Position numbers and translations under genes: made by a program. Under the pieces are notes generated by a model. It was not told the origin of the DNA, made no database searches, and worked only from the letters and a program-made list of their open reading frames with translations. From NCBI GenBank assembly GCA_964466785.1, contig CAYXOD010000014.1:24003-88002 (forward strand): a stretch of 64,000 nt of DNA, given 5' to 3'. This document shows positions 8,823 through 17,821 of the stretch, in pieces. The DNA comes from an uncultured bacterium (lineage in GTDB: Bacteria; Armatimonadota; Fervidibacteria; Fervidibacterales; Fervidibacteraceae). Position 1 is the first letter of the stretch. Each line of letters opens with the position of its first letter.

Positions 8823-11800
8823 TCACTCTTCAATCTTCCACTCGGTAAATATCAGTTCGGGTGGGACATCAAACTGCAACCAACCGTTCTTTGCTTTCAC
8901 TTTTCGGCGCAAGAGAACTTTGCCTGTCACTAAATCACAAACTGTCAGGGTCGCTTTCGGCTTCAACCAAGCCAATTTGACTTTGCCTTCAAAAAGCGGG
9001 ATGAAACGCATGTTTAGGTAGCCGATAACACCGTAGGGAAAGACACCTTGCACTATCGTGGGGCGGTCAGCGGTGACTGAGTGCCATTTTTGATATAACC
9101 CAACGCTCCAGAGGTCACCTACGACTAATGCCGCCTCCGTTTCGGCGTGAGTTCTTGGTACTAAAAAGCCGACCCAATTAGGCAGCATTGTTAAACGGGA
9201 ATGGGCACCGGCACCGGGCTCAAACCAGCCTTCAAAGAAGTGAGCATAGCGAACGCGAGGATTAGGGTTGGCAGTGACAAAAATCCAACCCTGACTGCCT
9301 TCTGCTTGCCCAAAAATCAAAAGGTCAGGCTCTCTCTCGAACCCAACCCACCCTCCTAAAACCCAACCTGTTCTCTCGGGATCTATGCCCAGTTCTGCTG
9401 CCCGCTGAAGCAGTGCTTTGTAAACTTTCACTGTTTCATCTACGCCACGAAACTCGGGAGCATCAGCACAGAACAGCACCAAACCTTTGCCTAACTTATT
9501 GGCTATAACGACAGGTTCGCCCTTTTCCGTCACTGCAATCACTCGCCCTTTGCCCTGCCCCTTCTGTTCCACCTTCATGCAAGGTTTGCCCCACCATTCT
9601 TGCAAAGCAAATTCGTCTTCGGTTACCACGCAGCGAACTGGTGCAACTTTGTCAAGTTCAAAAGGGGAAGGGACGCCGCTGATGAACCCCAAGCCGAGCA
9701 AATCCTTCAACCTCTCTGTTTCCGTTCGTTTCCTGTCAAGGTCAAAAGTGAAATCGCCCGTGATTACCGCGACACCGCCTTGCTCAACGAAACCCTTGAC
9801 AGTTTTGTAAGTTTTTTCATCCCAAACAAACGGGATAGGGAAGACAGCAACTTCCGGCGATTCTGACTTTTCAAGTTGCTCCGCTAATTCCCACTCACGA
9901 ACCACATTGAACGGAACTTTAAGTCGCATCAACGCTTCAATTGCGTTGAACACTGCAGCGCTAATTCGTCCTGCTGGACCGAGCCCGCTCCATCGGACTT
10001 CTCCTTCAGGACCGAGCAAATGCCCATCAGGCACTACAAGTGCAGCCAATCGCGGTTCGTGGAGCAGTTCGTATTGCCCCAAAAACTTAGAGACCGCAGT
10101 AAAAGTTTTGCCTGAAACTTTCAACGCCCCTTCAACTTGCCAAACCCTCGTCCCTCGTCCTGCATCCCTCGTCCCAACTAATGCGTGGATGCCGTGTTGA
10201 TGCACCAAACCCCAAGGGAAGATGCAGGCTTCCATATCCTTCCAGTCCCAATTAAGCACCATCGCCCCTTGCAATCCTAAAGTTAGCAAGGGCAAGTTAA
10301 CGAAATGGCGAATGACTTCTTCAGTTGGAGCATAGCCCCAACCGCCGAATCGGAAACTCGGATGGTCACGAGCGCCAAACTCACCGACGGCTAAGCCCTG
10401 ATTGCGCTCCCTTCGATCGTGAAACTTCAAGGAGGCTGCAATGGCGTTGGGGGAACGGTCACCGTAATAATGCAGGTTGACAAAATCAAGCCACTTTGTC
10501 GCTTCGTAATGGTCGCCGCAAACTTTCCAGTCAATCTCGTCGGTGACGGGTTGCTTTGCACCGCTCTCTCTCAACGCCTCCACATTGGCTTTTACCCAAC
10601 GTTCAATGAGCCAGCGACGAAAATGTTGGATGTCTCGGAACTTCAAATCGTCCCAACCACGGGGTTTGTGTTCGGCATAGCGAACTTCTCCTAACTTGAC
10701 ATTTTCTTTCCACGCTTCTCGCAACTTTTCTTCTGAGCCGTATCGCTGTCGCAACCACTCGTTGAACAGCCGATGCAAATCTGGATGGTTGCGGAAATCA
10801 GCCCATGCCTCGTTTTCAATGTCCCAAATGATTCGTGGCGCATTTTTGTAGCGAGCACCGACAAGCCGAACGAAAGCGCATTGCTTGCGCAGCAACTCAT
10901 CGCTGACACTCACGCCCATCCACTCGTGCAGTGTCGGCATCAAAACCAGGCCGTGCCGATGAGTCATCAGCACCAAAGCGTCGTAGCGCCGCCAGAATTC
11001 CTCGCTTGGGTTTTCGAGGTCAACTGCGAAATGGCTGATGTGCAGAACCCGCAAAACCCTTAAGCCCATTTTTCTCATCAACGCAAACTCAAATTCCCAT
11101 TGCAACGGGTTCTCCCAAGTCGCTTCAGGTGCAAACATGACACCTGTTTGATTTGTGCCCAGCCAAAAGCGGGGTTGCCATCGTTTGTTTTCGGTGTCCC
11201 ATTCACACAAGGCGTTAACTTGCCAAGTAATTGGCGCTGCATTCTGCAGAACCCTTTTATCCCAAACACAAAAACCAGACCAAATTTCGTCACGAAGCCA
11301 CGAATGCAGGGTGCGTTTCGGAACATTTAAAACAGCGCGAACAGCGTAAAGGGAAGCAGCACTTTGCGGAATGTGCCAATTCATTATCACGGCCGTTTGC
11401 TCGCGAGGTGAAACTGTGACCGTTTTTTCGCCAAGCACAACGGATTTCCCCATCCGAAGGGGTTGAGCCATCGGAGCAACTTCAATTCGGATGGTGACCG
11501 TTTGCGGTGCAAGCCCATCGTTGCGAACCTTGACACTGATGCTCGCAGTTTCACCCCTGCGGTAAGTCCAAAACGATGGACGCAAACTGTGTAGGTAAAC
11601 GCCCCCCAGCATATGGCGGATGACTTCAATCAGCACGGTTTGAAATTTTGGCGATTTTGTCAAGTCGTGGCTTTCAATCCCGCAAAACGCCCAAGCGCTG
11701 CCTGAATAAGGACCTGCAAAATGGTGCAGAATGCTGAAGGCGGGACCGAGATAACGCCCGAACTTGTCACGAGCAAACAACACGGGAATGAACCGAGCCC

Positions 11801-12785
11801 AACCTTGAGGGTTGACAGGATTGTTACTACCGATTAACGCCACTGCCGCATAACCTTTCATTGGCTCTTCCGCTTGCAAAACAATTGCGTCCTTCTCCCT
11901 TTGAGCTGTGCCCCTTTCCAGCACCATTGTGCCGTCAATACGAAACGATGGGTCAAAAATCGCAAACTGTTCAGGGTCAATGTGCAATGCGTCACGAGCG
12001 TCGCCCCAACGGGTGTTGATGATAGGCTTGACAGAAATGTCAGCGAAATCAGCAGCACCGTGCCCATGCAAGATAGCGTTGACAGCAACCTTAACTGCTT
12101 CCTTTGGGATGTGCAAGACAACTCCCAACTCTTGCCAACCCTTCGTCTGCTTGACAATTTGTGTTTGCTGGAAAGAGATGCGGTTGCCATCGGCGTCAAA
12201 GTAATCGGCAGCGAGATAAGCGCCATGCCCGTTTGCAATACCGTCGGTTCGAATTTTGCCTGTCAGCATGTATCGCCAACCTGATTTTAACGGGACGAAC
12301 GCACGGGAACGATGCCAATCAACAGGTGCATCATTGGGCACAGCGATTCGGATTTGCTGCTGCGTGATATTCACTTGCACCTTTTCGTGCGCTACCTTTT
12401 CCCACATTAACCCGTCCCTCGTCACCTGTCTCCCGTCCCGTTCGTAAACCTCATCAAAAGCATATCCGCCCAAACTGATGAACTTTCCGCCTGCTTTTAA
12501 ATAGCGGCGGAAGTTTTCAACGGCATTGGCAGGGAAGTAAGCACCGTAGGGCAAAATGATGATAGTGGTTTTCTGGGGCGTCAAAACTTGCGGGTTTGAT
12601 AAGTCGCTTGACGAAAGCAACTGAACCGAAAAACCGTTACGCCGAAGCAAATTGACTAACCTTTTCGGGTCGGCGTGTCCCTTTTGCTCTGGCACTGACG
12701 GTTCACACCAAATCCCGATGACACTTTGACCAAACAACCAACTGTTCACCAACATGGCCATCGCCACCAATGTCCAAACTCTCAT
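8823..12785 (-). CDS. Very large secreted multidomain glycoside hydrolase (clan GH-A barrel plus CBM-like and GATase-like modules)
   Basis: Signal-like start MRVWTLVAMAMLVNSWLFGQ at ATG 12785; the track start 12845 is less likely. A jelly-roll/CBM4_9-like segment reads GHGAYLAADYFDADGNRISFQQTQ. IWDIENEAWADF with REAW fits a GH42/GH5-type barrel. Flavodoxin-like segments (IIILPYGAYF, VAVFPIPF...GGVAVITGDF) resemble beta-galactosidase trimerisation domains. Confidence 0.7.
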   Translation of the reverse strand: MRVWTLVAMAMLVNSWLFGQSVIGIWCEPSVPEQKGHADPKRLVNLLRRNGFSVQLLSSSDLSNPQVLTPQKTTIIILPYGAYFPANAVENFRRYLKAGGKFISLGGYAFDEVYERDGRQVTRDGLMWEKVAHEKVQVNITQQQIRIAVPNDAPVDWHRSRAFVPLKSGWRYMLTGKIRTDGIANGHGAYLAADYFDADGNRISFQQTQIVKQTKGWQELGVVLHIPKEAVKVAVNAILHGHGAADFADISVKPIINTRWGDARDALHIDPEQFAIFDPSFRIDGTMVLERGTAQREKDAIVLQAEEPMKGYAAVALIGSNNPVNPQGWARFIPVLFARDKFGRYLGPAFSILHHFAGPYSGSAWAFCGIESHDLTKSPKFQTVLIEVIRHMLGGVYLHSLRPSFWTYRRGETASISVKVRNDGLAPQTVTIRIEVAPMAQPLRMGKSVVLGEKTVTVSPREQTAVIMNWHIPQSAASLYAVRAVLNVPKRTLHSWLRDEIWSGFCVWDKRVLQNAAPITWQVNALCEWDTENKRWQPRFWLGTNQTGVMFAPEATWENPLQWEFEFALMRKMGLRVLRVLHISHFAVDLENPSEEFWRRYDALVLMTHRHGLVLMPTLHEWMGVSVSDELLRKQCAFVRLVGARYKNAPRIIWDIENEAWADFRNHPDLHRLFNEWLRQRYGSEEKLREAWKENVKLGEVRYAEHKPRGWDDLKFRDIQHFRRWLIERWVKANVEALRESGAKQPVTDEIDWKVCGDHYEATKWLDFVNLHYYGDRSPNAIAASLKFHDRRERNQGLAVGEFGARDHPSFRFGGWGYAPTEEVIRHFVNLPLLTLGLQGAMVLNWDWKDMEACIFPWGLVHQHGIHALVGTRDAGRGTRVWQVEGALKVSGKTFTAVSKFLGQYELLHEPRLAALVVPDGHLLGPEGEVRWSGLGPAGRISAAVFNAIEALMRLKVPFNVVREWELAEQLEKSESPEVAVFPIPFVWDEKTYKTVKGFVEQGGVAVITGDFTFDLDRKRTETERLKDLLGLGFISGVPSPFELDKVAPVRCVVTEDEFALQEWWGKPCMKVEQKGQGKGRVIAVTEKGEPVVIANKLGKGLVLFCADAPEFRGVDETVKVYKALLQRAAELGIDPERTGWVLGGWVGFEREPDLLIFGQAEGSQGWIFVTANPNPRVRYAHFFEGWFEPGAGAHSRLTMLPNWVGFLVPRTHAETEAALVVGDLWSVGLYQKWHSVTADRPTIVQGVFPYGVIGYLNMRFIPLFEGKVKLAWLKPKATLTVCDLVTGKVLLRRKVKAKNGWLQFDVPPELIFTEWKIEE

Positions 12786-12967
12786 TTCCCATCGCTGCCC
12801 TTTTGCAGAGTGCCAACATCTCTTTTGGGACGACAGTTGCAACACTGTCTGAAAGTTTATACCGCATTTGCGGTTCTGCTGGTGCTTTACAAATAGTCAC
12901 GAACTGCCGCAAAAACTCTAACCCAGAGCGAAACTATTCGGCAAAATCTGAAAGGGGTGATGGGGTC

Positions 12968-13750
12968 ATGCGCTACGATTTGCACACCCATTCGCTTTTT
13001 TCTGACGGTCGTGACAGCGTTTGGGATATGCTCAAGGCCGCGGAAGCGGCTGGACTTGACACTTTTGCCGTCACCGACCACGTTGAAGCGGACAGATGGG
13101 GAAATCCAATTGCTGATTGGGTTGATGCTTTACTCCGTGAAGCGGAAGCGGTTAGAGGGAAAACGAAAGTTCGTTTGCTTGTCGGGATAGAAGCGAGTTT
13201 GCTTGATTTGAAAGGTCATGCCACCGTCAATCCGAAACTTTACAACATGGTTGATTTAGTGCTTTGCGGGATTGAATGGGGAACTGTCGGCATCGCTCAA
13301 AACCCGCCAGAGAACAAAGTTGCTTTACAGCGAAACCTTGTTACCGCTTACGGTAATTTAGCGCTCAATCCTTGGGTTGACATAATTTCGCACCCGTTCA
13401 ATTTGGGTCGTTTCCCGACACCTTTACGGCTTTCGGAACTTGCTCCTTCGGCGATAAGAGAAATTGCTGCCGCTTTTCGTGAGGGCAACAAAGCCTTTGA
13501 ATTGAACAACACCCTTTGGTGGTGGTTCCCAAACCAATCTCCTGAGGAAGTTTTGCGAGAATACGCTCGCATTGTTGAGGAATTCGCAATTGCCGACGTT
13601 AGGTTCGTTTGGGGCAGTGACGCTCACAGTTTGCACGGAGTGGGCAATTTGCGTTGGGCGGAAAGGCTCGCTCAAACTGTCGGCTTATCGCCATCACACT
13701 TTTTGACCCCCGAACAACTCAGGCAACATCGGCTGCAGAAACTGCTTTGA
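12968..13750 (+). CDS. PHP-domain phosphoesterase (histidinol-phosphatase-like)
   Basis: MRYDLHTHSLFSDG...AVTDH, and a C-terminal WGSDAHS. ATG 12968 is preceded by AAAGGGGTGA. The track start 12770 overlaps the divergent hydrolase gene. Confidence 0.8.
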   Translation: MRYDLHTHSLFSDGRDSVWDMLKAAEAAGLDTFAVTDHVEADRWGNPIADWVDALLREAEAVRGKTKVRLLVGIEASLLDLKGHATVNPKLYNMVDLVLCGIEWGTVGIAQNPPENKVALQRNLVTAYGNLALNPWVDIISHPFNLGRFPTPLRLSELAPSAIREIAAAFREGNKAFELNNTLWWWFPNQSPEEVLREYARIVEEFAIADVRFVWGSDAHSLHGVGNLRWAERLAQTVGLSPSHFLTPEQLRQHRLQKLL

Positions 13751-13808
13751 ACTGTTTCGCCTAAATTCAAACTTGCGCCACACTTTTTGGTGTGAGAGGT
13801 GAAATGAC

Positions 13809-14036
13809 ATGGAACAGCGAGGTGAGCCGATTGAGCAAATCCTTAAGCGATACAAAGGTCAAAACGCTTTCCTCGTCATTGAAGTTCTCTCCGTTGACCC
13901 AAAGACCCAAAAGCCGTTAACAGGTCGCGTCCTCACCGTAACACCAGACGAAAATGAAGCAAGTGTGGCTGCAAGGAAGGCAAAACGCTTCCTTATCCGA
14001 TGGGTCGGTGAAGCAGCGGAGGTGATTGTGGTCTAA
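13809..14036 (+). CDS. Small hypothetical protein (75 aa) coupled to the downstream protease
   Basis: GAGAGGTGA RBS upstream. Its stop overlaps the next start as TAATG (14034..14038). No family recognised with certainty. Confidence 0.55.
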   Translation: MEQRGEPIEQILKRYKGQNAFLVIEVLSVDPKTQKPLTGRVLTVTPDENEASVAARKAKRFLIRWVGEAAEVIVV

Positions 14037-14482
14037 TGCCAACACTGATTTTTGACCCAAGACAGCGGGTCATCTTGGTAGAGGCATCAGCAACCGCCAT
14101 TGATGGACGACCTGCTGACTTAATTGTCCTTGTTGACACAGATGCCGGTCAAACTGGCTTTCGTCGTTCAACTCTCGTCGGTCTTGGAATTGATGTTGAC
14201 AGTGCAGCTCAAGTGATGCGAATCAACACTGCTTCAGGGAGTTTGGATTTCCCCGTGGTGAACCTACCGAACTTGAGCGTTTTTGGCGAAAGTTTCAGCA
14301 ATTTACCAGTTCTTTGCTTACCGTTGCCGCCGACTGTTCCTGCCGACGGAGTTTTGGGCTATGATGTTTTGTCGAGGTTTCGGCTTTTCGTGAATTACAG
14401 GCGGAGCACTTTGGTCGCTGAACTGTTCAACGGCTTGATGCATGGGATTCGCTTCTTTTGGCAAGTCGCTTGGACTTTGTGA
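14036..14482 (+). CDS. Retropepsin-like (clan AA) aspartic protease domain protein
   Basis: LIVLVDTDAGQT aligns with the hhVDTGAs active-site loop, with Gly replaced by Asp. GVLGYDVLSRFRLFVNY matches the GiLGmDfL..f dimer-interface motif. GGAGGTGA RBS lies 10 nt upstream. Confidence 0.7.
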   Translation: MPTLIFDPRQRVILVEASATAIDGRPADLIVLVDTDAGQTGFRRSTLVGLGIDVDSAAQVMRINTASGSLDFPVVNLPNLSVFGESFSNLPVLCLPLPPTVPADGVLGYDVLSRFRLFVNYRRSTLVAELFNGLMHGIRFFWQVAWTL

Positions 14483-14522
14483 AAAATTTACTTGTGCAGC
14501 AAACTTTTGGTAGGCGATTGAA

Positions 14523-17372
14523 ATGAGGTTCGTCGACCCTTTGTGGTTTTTCCTTCTGCCAATTTTGTGGTGTGCGTTGTGGTGGTCGGGAAAACTCTTG
14601 CTGGGCATGACACCGACACGCAAGAAATTTGTCATAGCCTTGCGAGGCATCGTAGCCACGCTGTTAGTTTTCGCACTCGCTGGAATTCAAACAGTCCAAG
14701 TTCATCGCCGAGTCTGCACCATTTTCGTTGTTGATGTTTCGGAAAGTGTATCTGAACCTGCACGCCAGAAAGCGAGAGATTTCATCGCCCAAGCAATTCG
14801 CCACGCCAGATACGACGACTTGACTGGTATTATTCTTTTTGGTCGCAACCCGATGGTTGAAATTTCGCCAACCCAACTTCGTTCGCTTCCAAACTTCACA
14901 GCAGCGCCGGACAAATCAGCAACAGACATTGCTGCTGCATTGAGGTTGGCAATGGGTTTGTTCCCTGACGGCTATTCGCGCCGAATTGTTCTGCTTTCGG
15001 ACGGGAACGAAACTCACAGCGATGCAATCAGCGTCGCTTCCGTCGCAAGAACAGAAGGCATCACCATTGATGTCGTTCCACTGAAAACTGCTGAAAAGAA
15101 GCAGGAAGTTATCGCTACCGATGTCTTGATGCCTTCAGAAGCGAAAGTGGGTCAACCCTTTCCCGTCCGCATCATTGCTGAAGCGACGGTGGCTTCTTCA
15201 GGTGTGCTCCGCATTGACCGAGACGGAATTCCTGTCAAGGAAGTTACTGTCAACCTTTCGCCCGGCAAAAATTCAATCACGACCAGTTTGCGGGTTGATA
15301 ATCCTGGCATAAGCCGATTTAGGTTCGTGCTTGAAGTTGCACCAGACACCGACCCGAGAAACAACATCGGCATGGTTTTAGTTTCTGTCAAGGGTAAGCC
15401 GAAAGTCTTATTGGCTGAGGGGCAACCAGACCCGACAGGTGCGCTGGCGAAAGCCCTTCGGGCAAATGATTTGGAAGTTGTTCGGGTAAGCGAAGGCGGA
15501 TTGCCAACTCGCCCTGAGGAGTGGCAGCAATTTGACGCTGTCATCTTCTCCGATTACCCAGCATGGGCTATGTCCGAACAACAAATGAGAGTTGTCCGAA
15601 GCGTTGTCAGAGATACGGGCATCGGCTTTTTGATGATTGGCGGCGAACAATCCTTTTTGCCAGGTGGCTACTATGGTACTCCAATCGCAGAAATTCTGCC
15701 CGTTGATTTAGATGTCAGACAATGGAAAGTTTACCCTGCAGCGACGGTCGTCATCATCATGGATACTTCAGGCAGCATGGCAGTAATGGAAGGTGGAGTG
15801 CAAAAAGTTCATTTGGCAGCCCACGCAGCCATTGAGACGTTGAAGATGTTGAGACCTATTGACAGATTTGGGGTTATCGTCAGCGGCACTGGAACTGACT
15901 GGCTCGCACCAATCCGACCAGCAAAAGATGCACCGAAAATCATTGAGCAAATCAGCCGAATTTACGCTGGAGGAGGTGGAATTTACTGCCGACCAAGTTT
16001 GGAACTTGCGGCGAAAGCGATTGTAGCCGAAGCGACGCAAGTTAGGCACATAATCATGCTCGCTGACACTGATGACTGCGACGAGCAAGAAGGTTGCTTT
16101 GAAATCGCCGCTCAATTAAGGAAGTTAGGGGTAACAGTTACGGTTGTTGGTATCGGTCGCCCCGATGGAATTCATGCATCGTTTTGCCGACAATTGGCAA
16201 AAATTGGTGGCGGCAACTACTACGTCGCTCGTTCCGCTCGTGACTTACTGAAACTCTTCACAGCCGATGTCAGCATCATGACTCGTTCTGCAATTGAAGA
16301 AGGTGCGTTCATACCGAAAATCGTTGGAGGAGACGAAATGCTTGCGAGTGTTGACTGGCGAAAAACTCCCCCTTTGCTCGCATACTGCTTGACTTCAGAC
16401 AAACCCCTTGCAAGGACATTGATGAGGACTGACAAAGACGATCCTTTGCTTGCGACTTGGCAATTTGGTTTAGGGACATCAACTGCGTTCACTTCCGACG
16501 CTAAACCCCAATGGGCGAGGCAGTGGGTTCAATGGAACGATTTCGCCCATTTCTGGGCAAATGTGGTCAGAAGTGCTTTGCGAAAGGCAACTCAAACTCG
16601 CTATGCCATTACAACACAAGTTCGTCAAGGTGAGGCAATCATTGAACTTGAAGCCTTCACACCTGAGGGTGAACCGATCAACCTTCTTCAGCCGAAAGTC
16701 AATGTCTCGACACCTTCTGGTGAAAGCAGAAGTCTCGTTTTGCAGCAGGAAGGTTTGGGACGCTATCGCGGGCGTGTCCCTGTCAACGAGACAGGAGTTT
16801 ACCTTGTGACAGTTCACGAGCAGGATGAGATGGGAAAGACACGAGTTTCCACTACGGGGTTTGCGCTACCTTACCCAACCGAGTATCGGTTCACGAGAAC
16901 AAATTTACCTTTGATTGAACGAGTTGCTGAGTTGACTGCAGGTAAAGTCAACCCTGAACCTAACGAAGTTTACAGGTTGCCACCGAAACCGAGTTCGTCC
17001 GTTAGCGATATTTGGCACTTTTGTGTCGCTCTGGCTTTAGCGCTGTTTTTGATGGACATTGCAGCCCGCAGGTTGGCGCTCGGTGTCCCTGAAGTTGTTG
17101 CGGCATTGGTTAGGCGGTTTGTGGAAATTTGGCAAAGGTTGACAGTTCGCCGCCCTGTCCCAGCAGCGGAGACAGGAAGCCGATTGCTTTCTGTCAAACA
17201 GCGTGTTCGCCAGCGAACAACTGTTACAACAACTGTCAAACCAACAAAGCTAAGCGAGCCGAGCGAACCCTCACCCAAACCTACTCCCGACAAACAAGCA
17301 CCTTCAAGCGGGCAAGTGACCCAAACGACTTCTCGGCTCTTGGAAATCAAGCGCAAGAAGCAAACTTTTTAA
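14523..17372 (+). CDS. BatA-N / VWA-domain membrane protein (two VWA-like modules plus GATase-like module)
   Basis: The N-terminus MRFVDPLWFFLLPILWCALWW is the aerotolerance-regulator BatA_N pattern. IFVVDVSESV and VVIIMDTSGSM are MIDAS-type VWA starts. There is a C-terminal TM and a Pro/Ser/Thr-rich tail. Confidence 0.8.
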   Translation: MRFVDPLWFFLLPILWCALWWSGKLLLGMTPTRKKFVIALRGIVATLLVFALAGIQTVQVHRRVCTIFVVDVSESVSEPARQKARDFIAQAIRHARYDDLTGIILFGRNPMVEISPTQLRSLPNFTAAPDKSATDIAAALRLAMGLFPDGYSRRIVLLSDGNETHSDAISVASVARTEGITIDVVPLKTAEKKQEVIATDVLMPSEAKVGQPFPVRIIAEATVASSGVLRIDRDGIPVKEVTVNLSPGKNSITTSLRVDNPGISRFRFVLEVAPDTDPRNNIGMVLVSVKGKPKVLLAEGQPDPTGALAKALRANDLEVVRVSEGGLPTRPEEWQQFDAVIFSDYPAWAMSEQQMRVVRSVVRDTGIGFLMIGGEQSFLPGGYYGTPIAEILPVDLDVRQWKVYPAATVVIIMDTSGSMAVMEGGVQKVHLAAHAAIETLKMLRPIDRFGVIVSGTGTDWLAPIRPAKDAPKIIEQISRIYAGGGGIYCRPSLELAAKAIVAEATQVRHIIMLADTDDCDEQEGCFEIAAQLRKLGVTVTVVGIGRPDGIHASFCRQLAKIGGGNYYVARSARDLLKLFTADVSIMTRSAIEEGAFIPKIVGGDEMLASVDWRKTPPLLAYCLTSDKPLARTLMRTDKDDPLLATWQFGLGTSTAFTSDAKPQWARQWVQWNDFAHFWANVVRSALRKATQTRYAITTQVRQGEAIIELEAFTPEGEPINLLQPKVNVSTPSGESRSLVLQQEGLGRYRGRVPVNETGVYLVTVHEQDEMGKTRVSTTGFALPYPTEYRFTRTNLPLIERVAELTAGKVNPEPNEVYRLPPKPSSSVSDIWHFCVALALALFLMDIAARRLALGVPEVVAALVRRFVEIWQRLTVRRPVPAAETGSRLLSVKQRVRQRTTVTTTVKPTKLSEPSEPSPKPTPDKQAPSSGQVTQTTSRLLEIKRKKQTF

Positions 17373-17479
17373 CCTCACTACAGCCCATAAAAGGGTTCTT
17401 TGGGATGGCGAACATCCTTGCAAGCCAAATCTTTAATCGGGACGAGGGACGCAATCACTTAAATCCTGAAACAATGTAG

Positions 17480-17510
17480 CGTCGCCACTTGTAGGCGACG
17501 GTCGTTTAAA
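17480..17510 (+). terminator. Candidate hairpin terminator downstream of the VWA gene
   Basis: CGTCGCC-acttgta-GGCGACG, a 7-bp perfect stem, followed by GTCGTTTAAAAA. The T-run is short, and the hairpin resembles family A repeat ends (tgtaggcgac). Confidence 0.3.
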
Positions 17511-17601
17511 AACTTAAACGATATAGCGTTGCTCCTTTCCAGAATTGCCGACCTGCCGACTTACCGAACTGCTGAATTGCCGATTTCCCAAAGTGCGGTT
17601 T

Positions 17602-17631
17602 GGCAGAAGCCTCACCCTCCCAGTGAGCCGA
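17602..17631 (+). repeat. Repeat family D copy
   Basis: ggcagaagcctcaccctcccagtgagccga shares its core with 40003..40029 and 6136..6162 (reverse complement). Its CCCTCCCAGTGAGCCGA tail matches the tandem units at 39654..39811. Confidence 0.7.
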
Positions 17632-17742
17632 TTTCCACATCAACTTGTAGGAACGGATTTCGATATTGTGCGAGAAGTTTTGTATAGAACCACAAGGGGC
17701 ACATGGTTGTTTAGAAGCAAGGTTGACGGAGTGTGGGGGTAG

Positions 17743-17772
17743 TTGACGAATAGGGCTTATCAGGGCTATAAT
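17743..17772 (+). promoter_or_regulatory. Candidate sigma70-type promoter of the plsX-fab operon
   Basis: TTGACG (17743..17748), an 18-nt spacer, then TATAAT (17767..17772), 50 nt upstream of the plsX ATG. GGAGG at 17802..17806. Confidence 0.4.
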
Positions 17773-17821
17773 ATCGCAGTCTCCATAAACAAAATTCCTT
17801 TGGAGGTTTGTTGGACGAGAG

